Source of the DNA: Cyanophora paradoxa CCMP329
Taxonomy: Eukaryota; Plantae; Glaucophyta
NCBI GenBank assembly: GCA_004431415.1
Contig: QPMI01000405.1
Span: forward strand, 1 to 35,141
Direction: 5' to 3'
Length of the DNA stretch: 35,141 nucleotides
Shown: piece by piece, positions 12,300-21,244 of the stretch
How positions within the stretch are numbered: position 1 is the stretch's first letter
Layout: each line of letters opens with the position of its first letter
Notes under the pieces: model-generated
Databases searched by the model: none
What the model was told of the DNA's origin: nothing
The model's input: only the letters and a program-made list of their open reading frames with translations
Program-made: the position numbers and the translations under genes

Positions 12300-13492
12300 T
12301 ATGTATTACCGTAGTACCTACTACCGTAGTACTAGGCTACTATTAGTAGTAAACGCTGGTGCCACAGTGCCACTGGGCCAGATCTCTGGTGGCCGTCGCC
12401 GACTTTGCCAAGTTGCACGTGGGATTCTCACGCAAGTTAAGATCTACTGCAGTAGAAGGCCTCGCCGAGTCGCGCGGCTCCCGGAGTCCGAGGCTCGCGC
12501 CGCGGGCCCGCGGCGCCCGGCGGCAAGCTCTAGATCTGCAAATTTCCGAGTTCGGCTGCGGCGTTTTAGATCTCAGAGTTTAGATCTTCTCCAGCGTGTA
12601 CGTAACGATGGCGGCCGTATTGGCTAGCGGCTCCACTGCAAGTGCGTGAATTCGCGCCCGCACTGCGGCGCGTGCGGTCGTCCGACGTTGACGTTCAACG
12701 GCTGTCGCGCCTCGAGATCGTATTCGCGTATACGTAGCGTGTCGTATTTACGCATGCGCACGAGCTGATCATAATTTTCGACCCCCATTGCGCAGCCTAC
12801 CCCGTCAACTGCTACTCGCAGACAGGATGCGCGGGCAGCGCAATGTCGTTCGGGAGTGGAGTATCGAGCGTCAACTGCAGCGGTAGACTGTGCGCCAAGA
12901 ACACATGCAGGGATCTCAGCGGAGCGAAATCCGTCATGTTCAACGGCAGCTGCACGAACCTCTCACTCGACGCCGAGACACAGGCGAGCACCCGATGATC
13001 CGCCGCGGGGCGGGGCGGGGCGGCGCCGGCGCGGGCGCCGGCTCAGCCAGCCGCGGCCGGCCCGTCCACGCGCGCGCGGAGCCGGGCCGGGCCGGCCGCG
13101 GGCATCATGCATATATATGAGGGCCAACAATGGGCCAAACGCGAAAAGTCAACCCCGAGAGCTCGAGACTCGGAAGTGACGCTTGGATTGCGGAGGTTCT
13201 TATAACCTCCGGGTCACAGCTGGGGGGTACCGTAGACGAGGCTGGTGATCACCATGATCGCGACGATCGCGATGACGATTCCGATCACGACGATCGCGAA
13301 AACGAGACGATCGCGACCATTTTCGATCGCGATTTCGGGGAGGGGGTCCATTTTGGGCCGGGGTAGAGAAAATAAATGCGAAAAGGCCGAAAAGTGCGTT
13401 TTTCACGCGTGAAATCGATCGAAAACGAGGGTTCGAATCCCGGGTCCGGATTTGGACTTGGGCAAAATCTCGAGTCAAAATGGGAGAAAAAT

Positions 13493-13558
13493 GGGACCTG
13501 GGACTTGGGACTTGGGACTTGGGACTTGGGACTTGGGACTTGGGACTTGGGAAGAGTT
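13493..13558 (+). repeat. Telomere-like heptamer array 1: GGGACCT + (GGGACTT)7 + GGGAAGAGTT
   Basis: Seven perfect GGGACTT units at 13500-13548, read directly from the sequence. Confidence 0.97.
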
Positions 13559-13609
13559 GGAATCAGAGTCTAGACTCAAAAGCGGGGAAATTTTCGGACG
13601 GGGAGAAAA

Positions 13610-13909
13610 ATGTCAGGCAATCTCTATTACGATTTCCCCTTTGAGTTGCATATGGCATTCGAGAGGCTGCGCGAGTTCTGGCGCTGGCACCTCACAGGAC
13701 ATGACATCCCCGACGTAACACCAGAGCCCAACTTACAGGGCGTGCTTGAAGTCATCCGTCAATATCCGCGTCGATTCAATGAATGGATTGAGTTCCACGC
13801 AACGAACCGTTTCCAGAGTCTCCCCGAGGCCATACGCGAAAATTTCGTGAGGCTGGTGGGCCAGGCTACGACAACCCTAACAATCATAGACCACGCCCAG
13901 CTGGCGTGA
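13610..13909 (+). CDS. Viral hypothetical protein (99 aa)
   Basis: Clean ORF with AAAAATG start, preceded by the element's ATTTTCG motif. Globular amino-acid composition. Confidence 0.65.
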   Translation: MSGNLYYDFPFELHMAFERLREFWRWHLTGHDIPDVTPEPNLQGVLEVIRQYPRRFNEWIEFHATNRFQSLPEAIRENFVRLVGQATTTLTIIDHAQLA

Positions 13910-14419
13910 CGCGCGAAGCTCGAAGCGACCGCAGTCTTTTCCGCAGGGAATTGAGAGAGGATAGACGGAGGCTTTCAATGGGGCTCCCGCAGATTGTGAG
14001 GGGGTACAGCCCGGATTACGAGACTTACCAAGAATTGTACGGCTTCGAAAATCCCTTTGAGAGGGTACTACCAGGGTGAGGGGCCAGGGGGGGCCCCTGA
14101 GGGTGTACCCCCGGCCCGAGACTCGACCTTCGGCGGACGCACTCGGGCGATTTCCGTCAGGCCGGCTCCCTTTTTCTGCCTTCGGCCCAACGCTAAATTT
14201 GGCTTTTTTCAGGCCAGTTGGCAACGTTTTCCGTTGCGAACTAGACCGCGAAAAAAATCGCCCACAAAACCGCGGTCCGCCGCCATTTTGGCTCACTCTT
14301 GAAACGGGTTCGCCGCCTTCTCTCAGCCCAAGGAATCCCCGCCTCTCCGAATTTTCACAAGTCCGCTCTCTCAGTCACCTCACGTTTTGCCTTTGCTGAT
14401 CTCTCTTCCCTTTGCGCAG

Positions 14420-15474
14420 ATGTCGATTCCCTCTGAGCTTGTCGAGGACCTTGCCAAGGCCCGTGAGATGTGGGCTAAGTCCCGCGATTGGCCTACCCGT
14501 GAAATGGAGAAGCGTGCCCGCAAGCTGGGGTACCTCTACCAAGCTCACAGCGGAGAAGGCTTCCATACCATCAACCTCAACTTTGTATCCACCCTTCTGC
14601 CCAAGTCCAAGCAACCCAAGCCCGAGCCCAAGCCCGAGCCCGTCGACGTGCCCCCCGTCCCCGGCTGGGTCAAGACTCCCACTGGCTGGGGCGACCCCAA
14701 GCTTTTCGCCGAGTCTGCCGCCGAGACGCTCGCCTGGGCCTATCCCCCTCAAGTCTTCACGAATTTCCCCCTCCGTCATCGTCGTCATCTGCCCCTCAGC
14801 CCGTCGCCGAGCCCGCTCCCGAGCCAGTCGATGACGCCGAGTCCGAGGCCTCTGACGCCGAGTCTGACATCAACGACTTTATCGACTTTGACGTGCCGAT
14901 TCCATACGACTCTGAGTCCTCTTCCGACTCTGAAGGCGACAACGAAAACCCGACTCGCAAGCGCCGCATTATCAAGACCAAGTCAATCGTCAAGAAGAAG
15001 TTCATGGAGACCACGTCATTCACCGACAACTCCGAGCGAGTCAAGAATCCCGCCAAGGAACACGAAAAAGACTTGAAGATCGGCGCTGGCATTGCCCGTT
15101 CTCGCGTCACGTCACACTTCAGCAAGCGCCTGACTCAGCACGTCAAGACCATTGAGAAGCGCATCATCGCCAAGCGCGAAATGGCCGAACTCCGGCGCAA
15201 GTTGCGTCACGAGCGCCTTCTTCGTCGCGAGATGACGCTGGCCAAGATTGCCGAGCGCAAGAAGAAGGAGGCAGCGGAACTTAGGGCGCGCGTCGAGGCT
15301 CAGCAGCGGCGCGAGGCAGAGGCGGCAGCGGCCTTGGCGGCGCAGCGCGAGCAGGAGCGGCAGGACTTAGTGCAGGCAGCGCAGGCCCTTCCCCGCATTC
15401 CCCTTAAGTCCGCGCCCGAGGCCCCGATTGACTTGGTTTCCGATGACGATGATTCTGACTTTGAGATGCTGTAA
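14420..15474 (+). CDS. Viral hypothetical nuclear protein (acidic tract, NLS-like RKRR, coiled coil, C-terminal SIM-like motif); one frameshift near 14770
   Basis: MSIPSELVEDLAKAREMW... (frame of ORF 14387) joins ...DAESDINDFIDFDVPIPYDSESSSDSEGDNENPTRKRR...APIDLVSDDDDSDFEML (frame of ORF 14893) at a C-run around 14767-14771. Consistent codon bias across both parts. Confidence 0.7.
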
Positions 15475-15545
15475 ATAGTATTGCGTCATTCCATTGTACA
15501 TACTTGTAAAAATTGGCCGACTATTCAGTTATGACTTGGCGCGAT

Positions 15546-15607
15546 CCTGGGACTTGGGACTTGGGACTTGGGACTTGGGACTTGGGACTTGGGACTTGGG
15601 AAGAGTT
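15546..15607 (+). repeat. Telomere-like heptamer array 2: CCT + (GGGACTT)7 + GGGAAGAGTT
   Basis: Seven perfect units at 15549-15597 with the same immediate flanks as array 1. Confidence 0.97.
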
Positions 15608-15887
15608 AGACTCAGGGTCTGGGCCCAGACTTTCTCTGGATCTGAGAGTTTGCCGTGCCAAGTCCCTAACCACCGGGCAGACTTAGAAAGGGGTACGGAA
15701 ATTTGGATACGACGTTTCTGGTGACATTCCAGGTGAGATTTCAAGCGAGGTAGAGTCTGAACTGGTGTACGACTTGTAGCATGATACTGGACATGAAAGC
15801 TCACGAGAGTATGCAACCGAAAAAGGATGTGAAGAGGGGTAGGAGTATTCGTGCGAGATGTCGAGAGAAGGAGGGTACGAGATGGGA

Positions 15888-15945
15888 TACGAGTAAAAAA
15901 GACTACGAGTAAAAAAGAGTACGAGGGGTGGTAGGAGTAAAAAAG
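15888..15945 (+). repeat. Short tandem repeats TACGAGTAAAAAAGA(C/G) in a purine-rich non-coding spacer
   Basis: Two 16-bp units at 15888-15919, a partial TACGAG at 15920 and GAGTAAAAAAG at 15935. Confidence 0.8.
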
Positions 15946-16020
15946 TCGGTAGAAAAACTCACCTGACTTGTCTGACAAATTTCTGATCCTGGAGAAAGTC
16001 TGGGCCGGGACCTGGGTTTC

Positions 16021-16068
16021 AACTCTTCCCAAGTCCCAAGTCCCAAGTCCCAAGTCCCAAGTCCCAGG
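16021..16068 (-). repeat. Telomere-like heptamer array 3 (inverted): CCT + (GGGACTT)5 + GGGAAGAGTT
   Basis: Five AAGTCCC units at 16031-16065 on the + strand, flanked by AACTCTTCCC and AGG. Confidence 0.97.
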
Positions 16069-16089
16069 TTTTTCTGAACCTAGGGCAAA

Positions 16090-16455
16090 ATGGCCCTGCT
16101 CCGGTGCACCGACTCGCAAGACGTCGCCTACAACGTCCTGGTCAACTCGGACGTACCCCCGAGTGCCTTGGAGTTTCCCTGGAGAGTGGACAGGGACAGG
16201 GTGAGCAAGACGTTTGGAGGGCGCAAGCACTACCTCTCCCAACTGATCCTCGGGAAGTCGCCACGTGGACGCTACGTGGAACACATCAACGGCAACCCGC
16301 TGGACTACAGGAGGGAGAACCTGCGCTGGGCATCAATGTCGGATATTCGCAAGAAGAGGAGGGGGTACGCCAATTTACAGGAGAAGAGCGAGGAGATTCG
16401 GGAGATGATGGAGGCGGCACAGGCGCTAATGCAGCTTAGCCAGTCTAGACGCTAG
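16090..16455 (+). CDS. HNH endonuclease-fold protein (HNH_3-like), possibly catalytically degenerate
   Basis: YLSQLILG...YVEHINGNPLDYRRENLRW matches the phage/NCLDV pattern xxHRxxxG...VDHINGxxLDNRxxNLR. Start context TTTTTCTGAACCTAGGGCAAAATG. Confidence 0.8.
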   Translation: MALLRCTDSQDVAYNVLVNSDVPPSALEFPWRVDRDRVSKTFGGRKHYLSQLILGKSPRGRYVEHINGNPLDYRRENLRWASMSDIRKKRRGYANLQEKSEEIREMMEAAQALMQLSQSRR

Positions 16456-17257
16456 TGGTGTGAATCTTGGTGTCGTACTCGCGACCAACCGTTTCCCAGG
16501 CCACGTAAACTTCGGCTCCGGCGCCTGGCGCTGTCGAGTTGGTAGTCGCAGTCGTGTAGTCCGCCTCTGCCTCAATTAGTTCGGCCATGAGGGTAGAGCC
16601 CACGACCATTCCAGAGGTAGGCATTCCGGCGATGTTGTTGTACAATTTGAAAGTGAATTTCGTGAAGAGGAGCCGGGGCCAGACCTGGGTACGGGGATTC
16701 GAGGCGCCGTATGAATAATCGGTACCCGAGGCGCCGCCCGTGGTGGCATTCGTCATCATCTCCTTTGCGGTCATCTTCCAGAGGTTGTACATCTCAAAGG
16801 GAACGGCCTGCGTGGTCTTGTGTGTGGCATCGATGAGGGCGCCATCTAAATGCGTTTTGATGTTCGGATTCGCACCATTCCCGAATTTGCGAGTGAGGGC
16901 GGTGTTAGCGGTGAACTTGAGTTCGAGCACGCGAATGGCGGGCCGATCAGGCACAGAGGGCTCTATCTTTTTCAGGAGGCCCGAGAGCCAGAGCGCCTCC
17001 GCCTCATCCGCGCTCACGCCCGAGTCGATGTCAAAGTACACGTACACGGAGCAGGAGGCGGGATTCTCGAAATCGTTGGAGGTGACGCGCAACATGACGG
17101 GATTCTGGACCCTCACGGTGAGCGGGGTGGCGTAGTTTCCGTCCCACTCCACCTTGTCCGTCCCTGCGTTGGCCACGTTCCCAGCGTTGCCGTAGAAATC
17201 GGGGACGATCGAGCCGGCAGACACGGTCTTCACGATGGTGGCCGAGGTGGTCGGCAT
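16445..17257 (-). CDS. Viral protein of unknown function, probably structural (270 aa); paralog of 17281-17961
   Basis: Intact ORF rich in T/G/N and beta-strand-like segments. Shares QNPV, SGLxKK, LExKF, NPR...PR..FT.F.F and AEL.E blocks with the adjacent gene. Confidence 0.75.
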   Translation of the reverse strand: MPTTSATIVKTVSAGSIVPDFYGNAGNVANAGTDKVEWDGNYATPLTVRVQNPVMLRVTSNDFENPASCSVYVYFDIDSGVSADEAEALWLSGLLKKIEPSVPDRPAIRVLELKFTANTALTRKFGNGANPNIKTHLDGALIDATHKTTQAVPFEMYNLWKMTAKEMMTNATTGGASGTDYSYGASNPRTQVWPRLLFTKFTFKLYNNIAGMPTSGMVVGSTLMAELIEAEADYTTATTNSTAPGAGAEVYVAWETVGREYDTKIHTTSV

Positions 17258-17280
17258 TTTGCGACCTCAAATGAGAAAGA

Positions 17281-17961
17281 TTATCCGTGAAAGAGGGTGA
17301 TGTCGCCACCGATGTTCATGACGCGGGCCCCAGGCACAGAGTCAGCGTCGGTGCCGTACGCGTAGGAAATCGAGCACTCACGCAGCTCCGCGCAGAGGCT
17401 GGCGCCCGTGCTGAAGTGGGGCTGGTCGGCGGCGTAGGAGAGGGGGAAGACCTGGAACCTGAAAAAGGTGAAGGGGAAGCGGGGTAGAGTCGAGCCGCGT
17501 GGGTTGCCGCCCGTGTAGAGGGCCCCCAGGGTCGCGGGACTTGGATTGAATTTCGTGAAGAGCACGTCGCCCTTGAGCGTACCCCTCATCTGGTAAGTTC
17601 CCGTACCCGGAAGATTCGAAGAACTGGGGTACCGGTTCACGGTGGGGCCGTACCCCGTCTCCCTGAACTTGACCTCGAGACAGCGCAAGACGTTGGCAGT
17701 GGCCGTGGCAGGTGCCACCTTTTTCACGAGTCCTGATTCGTGCAGCAGCTCGATAACCTCTGCGCTGAGGCTCAGAGGGTCGAAGAAGAGCTGGTAGGAA
17801 TAAATCTTGGGCGTGGCGTAGGCGTTCTGAACGACCTGAATCACGACGGGATTCTGCAGAAAGACGTCGACGTAACTGCCGGAGGGTATGCGTGCGAAAT
17901 CCTTGGTGTTGTTGCCAACGTCAAGTGAGCCGCTGAGGGTCTGGTACCAGTTGGAAGTCAT
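17281..17961 (-). CDS. Viral protein of unknown function, probably structural (226 aa); paralog of 16445-17257
   Basis: Intact ORF with the same conserved blocks as its neighbour. Confidence 0.75.
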   Translation of the reverse strand: MTSNWYQTLSGSLDVGNNTKDFARIPSGSYVDVFLQNPVVIQVVQNAYATPKIYSYQLFFDPLSLSAEVIELLHESGLVKKVAPATATANVLRCLEVKFRETGYGPTVNRYPSSSNLPGTGTYQMRGTLKGDVLFTKFNPSPATLGALYTGGNPRGSTLPRFPFTFFRFQVFPLSYAADQPHFSTGASLCAELRECSISYAYGTDADSVPGARVMNIGGDITLFHG

Positions 17962-18000
17962 TTACCCCGGGGCAGATATTTTTTCGGATCGTAGAGGAAA

Positions 18001-20135
18001 ATGCCCCGCTTCGTATTCGTGAAAAAGCAGGTGGTGCAGGCTCCGCAGTATGGCGTGGAGCCGATCTCGCTGACTGTGGGCAGGCCCCAGGTGCGATCGG
18101 GCTCCGTGCTCAACAACGGGAACAGTACGTACGGCTTTCAGCTGAACTGGGTCGCGGTCACCAACGCCGTCAAGTACAAGGTGTACAGGGCGACCAGCAT
18201 CAACGGCCCCTGGGATCTCGTGGCCACGGTGAATGCGCCAACCGTCACCTACACGGACTCTCCCTTTAGTTTGGGGGCCCAGCGACTCTACCGCGTGGCG
18301 GCGGTTCGCGAACAGGGCAGCAGCAGCACGGGCTCTGATGGCAAAGCCCCGCCCACAACCTACGCACAGTCGCTTCTCTACACCCACGAGGGTGCCATGA
18401 GCAATTACATTCTCTTCCAAGGCATAGGCGGCTTCAGCCCGCAGATCGAAGCCTACACCACGCTCACGACCGCCACGGCCCAGACCTACGGCGATTTTAT
18501 TGCCGGGGCGGCCCCGCGTCTTCGGGCTTCCCGAAACCCGCCATAGTCGTCACAATCAACTGGGTGGCCATGGAGGGCGCGGACTCGATTCGAATTTACA
18601 GGAACGGTACGCCAATCGGATTTGCGAGCAGTGCCCTGTCTACCTCGTACATTGACGATAGCACTGCTCTTACGTGGGGCACGGAATACTCTTACCAGGT
18701 GGCCGGCATCGTGGGCGGTGTCGAATACGACAAGTCCGATCCGCTCCTGGTCTGGACTATGCCAAACGCCCCACGAACGTGACGGCATCAGCACCCAACG
18801 ACCAGCAGCAGCCTGTCAGCCTCAGCTGGACTGCGTCCACGGGAGCGACGGGATACAAGATTTACAGAGACGGGGCCTACCTCACAGACTCCGCGACCAA
18901 CTCCTACAGCGACACGACCACCGTCTGGGGTACAGGGTACGAGTACCAGATCTCCGCGACGAACACGGGAGGGGAGGGGCCGAAGAGTATTGCGGCGTAC
19001 GTCACCACGGACCCGGGGCGCCCACTGGGCTCACTGCAACCCCCGCGGCGGGGCAGCACAGCCTGTTGTGCTCGAGTGGTCGGTGCCGGTGACGGGCGTC
19101 ACCGTCTCCTACAACATCTACAGGGGTGGCGTGTTCCTTGCCAGCGACACGAGCAGCCCCTTTTCGGACACAACGACCGTTTACGGAACCACTTACACTT
19201 ACACCATCAAGGGCGTCAACCAGATCGGCGAGGAAGGCCCTCAGTCCTCGTCTGCCAGTGCAACAACTGCAAACGCTCCTGTTTTGGGTACATTCTCCTA
19301 CACCGGGGCCGACCAGACTTTCGTAGTACCAACGGGGACTGTGGCTGTGCGTGTCATCGTATGGGCGGCCGGGGTGGAGGCGGAGAACGCGCAGGTACGG
19401 GGGTCCGTGGAGGCGCGGGTGCTTGCGTAGTTGGTACATTGGCTGTGTCCTCGGGGAGACGCTCATCCTTGTTGTTGGATGCGGCGGCCCAAAGGGTGTA
19501 TCGGGGACTGCCACTGCTACCGTCTACGGAGGTGGTGGAAGGGGCTGGAGCCATAGCGTCGATCCGGAGTACAAAAACGGCGCCGGTGGTGGTCGTTCTG
19601 CAATTCAGCGCGTTGCAGGGACCGACTTGGTTGTTGCAGGGGCCGGAGGTGGGGGTACATGTGATTCGAATGGCGGCGGGGGAGTAGGCGGGGGTTGACC
19701 GGTGGTGCGGCTGGGTTGGTTGGAGTAACCGGAGAGATACCGGCTCAAGGAGGCACCCAAACCGCTGGCGGAGCCGGTGTTGTGGCCTCAGGGGCCAGGC
19801 CCAGCAACCCGGGAACTTTGCGCCAAGGTGGAGAGACTGGGCCTGATTCAAGCGGCTACAGGTTCGGTGGTGGTGGTGGTGGTGGTTACTTCGGTGGAGG
19901 CTCTGGGTCCAGCAGGAGCGGAGTGTCAGAGAACCCAATAGCAAGAATGTTTGGAGGTGGCGGTGGCTCGAGCTACATAGGAAACTTGACGGATGCTACG
20001 GTGTATCCTGGGTCCGGCCAGGTGGCAGGAAATAGCGGAGACGCTCACTACGCAGCAGGCATTGGTAGGGGCGGCAACGGTGGCTCGTCTTTCAGCGACG
20101 GTGGCAACGGTCGAATTGTGATACTCGCGGTGTAG
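18001..20135 (+). CDS. Fibre/adhesin-like protein: several fibronectin type III repeats + C-terminal glycine-rich domain (frameshifted; could be two genes)
   Basis: FN3 signatures LNWVAVTNAVKYKVYRA, IRIYRNG...YSYQVAG, LSWTASTGATGYKIYRDG...YEYQISATNTGGEGP and LEWSVP...YNIYRGG...YTIKGVNQIGEEGP. These are followed by FSYTGADQTFVVPTG...WAAG and GGGGGGYFGGGSG...GGGGGSSY...GGNGRIVI, typical of phage/ALK-type Gly-rich domains. Confidence 0.82.
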
Positions 20136-20155
20136 TTATTCCTAGTTGTTCCAGA

Positions 20156-21220
20156 TCAGCTCGCCAGTGCCGCTACCTGGTCTTTGAGAGTTTGAACTTC
20201 TTGTGAAAGTTCCTGAATTGCCTTCAACGACAGGGAAATGAGCCTGTCGTAGTTTACCCCGAGAAATCCATCCGCGTTCTCGAAAACGAGACTCGGGAAG
20301 ACGCCTTGGACTTCCTGTGCGATGAGACCGTAATCCGTTTTCGAACCCCCGAGGATGTGTTCTTCCAGGTGAACGACACGGGATTCAGCTGCAGCAGAAG
20401 AGGGAGAATGCCCGACATGCTCGCGACATTTTCTTTCAGGCGGCTATCGCTCGACGAGTTTGTCAGGTATCCTTGAGCATCCGAATAAACGGCTCGGTTT
20501 CCATCGCCCGTGAGCGTCGAGACGATGAGCCGACCCGTGATGCCAACGCCGACGGTTCCGCACAGCAGTCGTTCGGTGCCGTTGTTTCTCAAGGATAGAC
20601 CAGAGCTGACGCTGACGCTTCCGCTATCAACGATTGAAGTGTTTGCTATGCTTAGGCCATTAGTAGGGCCTTCGATTGCCGAGGTAAATAGAGTACCTGT
20701 AACACCAACGCCAAGAGTCCCACAGAGGAGTCTATCGTTTTCGTTGTACTTTATAGCTACGCCTGAACCACCGCCATTTATGTACGGTGACGTTCCGGTA
20801 ATTTGCAGCTTATCGTCCAATGTAACGATGCCCGCCAAGTTTGAAGCCCCGCTCACCCTAAGCCCCCCACCACGTTTGCTCCGCCTCCTTGCACATACAG
20901 AGCCGCATTCCCCTCCCCGTTCACAGTCCCATTAAAGGTCACCTGATTCGTGGTGTACCCGCTCCCGTCCCAGGCCCCGTTCGTGACGGTGAGCCTCTGC
21001 GTCCTCACGCGCCCCGGCACGGCCGACCCGCCCTCCCGCGTGCGCATCTTGTCGCAGCGCAGCTCGCCGACGCGGACGAGGTCGGCCTCGGAAAAGGGGA
21101 CGGCCGTGGCGTTGTAGGGGCCTCGGTGGCCTGGTTTCCGAGGGTGGTCTCCTTAATCGTGTGATCGCCCTTGTGATTCACGCTGGCAGCATAGGTAAAT
21201 AGAGGGACAGCGACCGACAT
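20156..21220 (-). CDS. Tail-fibre-like protein with C-terminal intramolecular chaperone (Peptidase S74 domain); frameshifted
   Basis: SSDSRLKENV...LLQLNPVSFTWK, then in a shifted frame YGLIAQEVQGVFPSLV...GVNYDRLISLSLKAIQEL, the canonical S74 motif set. The upstream region has RLLCGTxGVGxTG repeats. Confidence 0.85.
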
Positions 21221-21244
21221 TTTTGGATTGCATCAGAAAATCGA

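Noticed and set aside
12830-13120. Possible small gene just left of the virus
   Set aside because: Interrupted by stops, has no recognisable motif, and runs into GC-rich low-complexity host-type sequence.
13493-16068. GGGACTT arrays as CRISPR arrays or true chromosome telomeres
   Set aside because: There are no spacers or cas genes. The arrays are short, internal, in both orientations and flanked by genes.
15529-16284. 251-aa minus-strand ORF across the repeat region
   Set aside because: It translates the heptamer arrays and skewed spacer into low-complexity sequence and overlaps the HNH gene antisense, so it is unlikely to be real.
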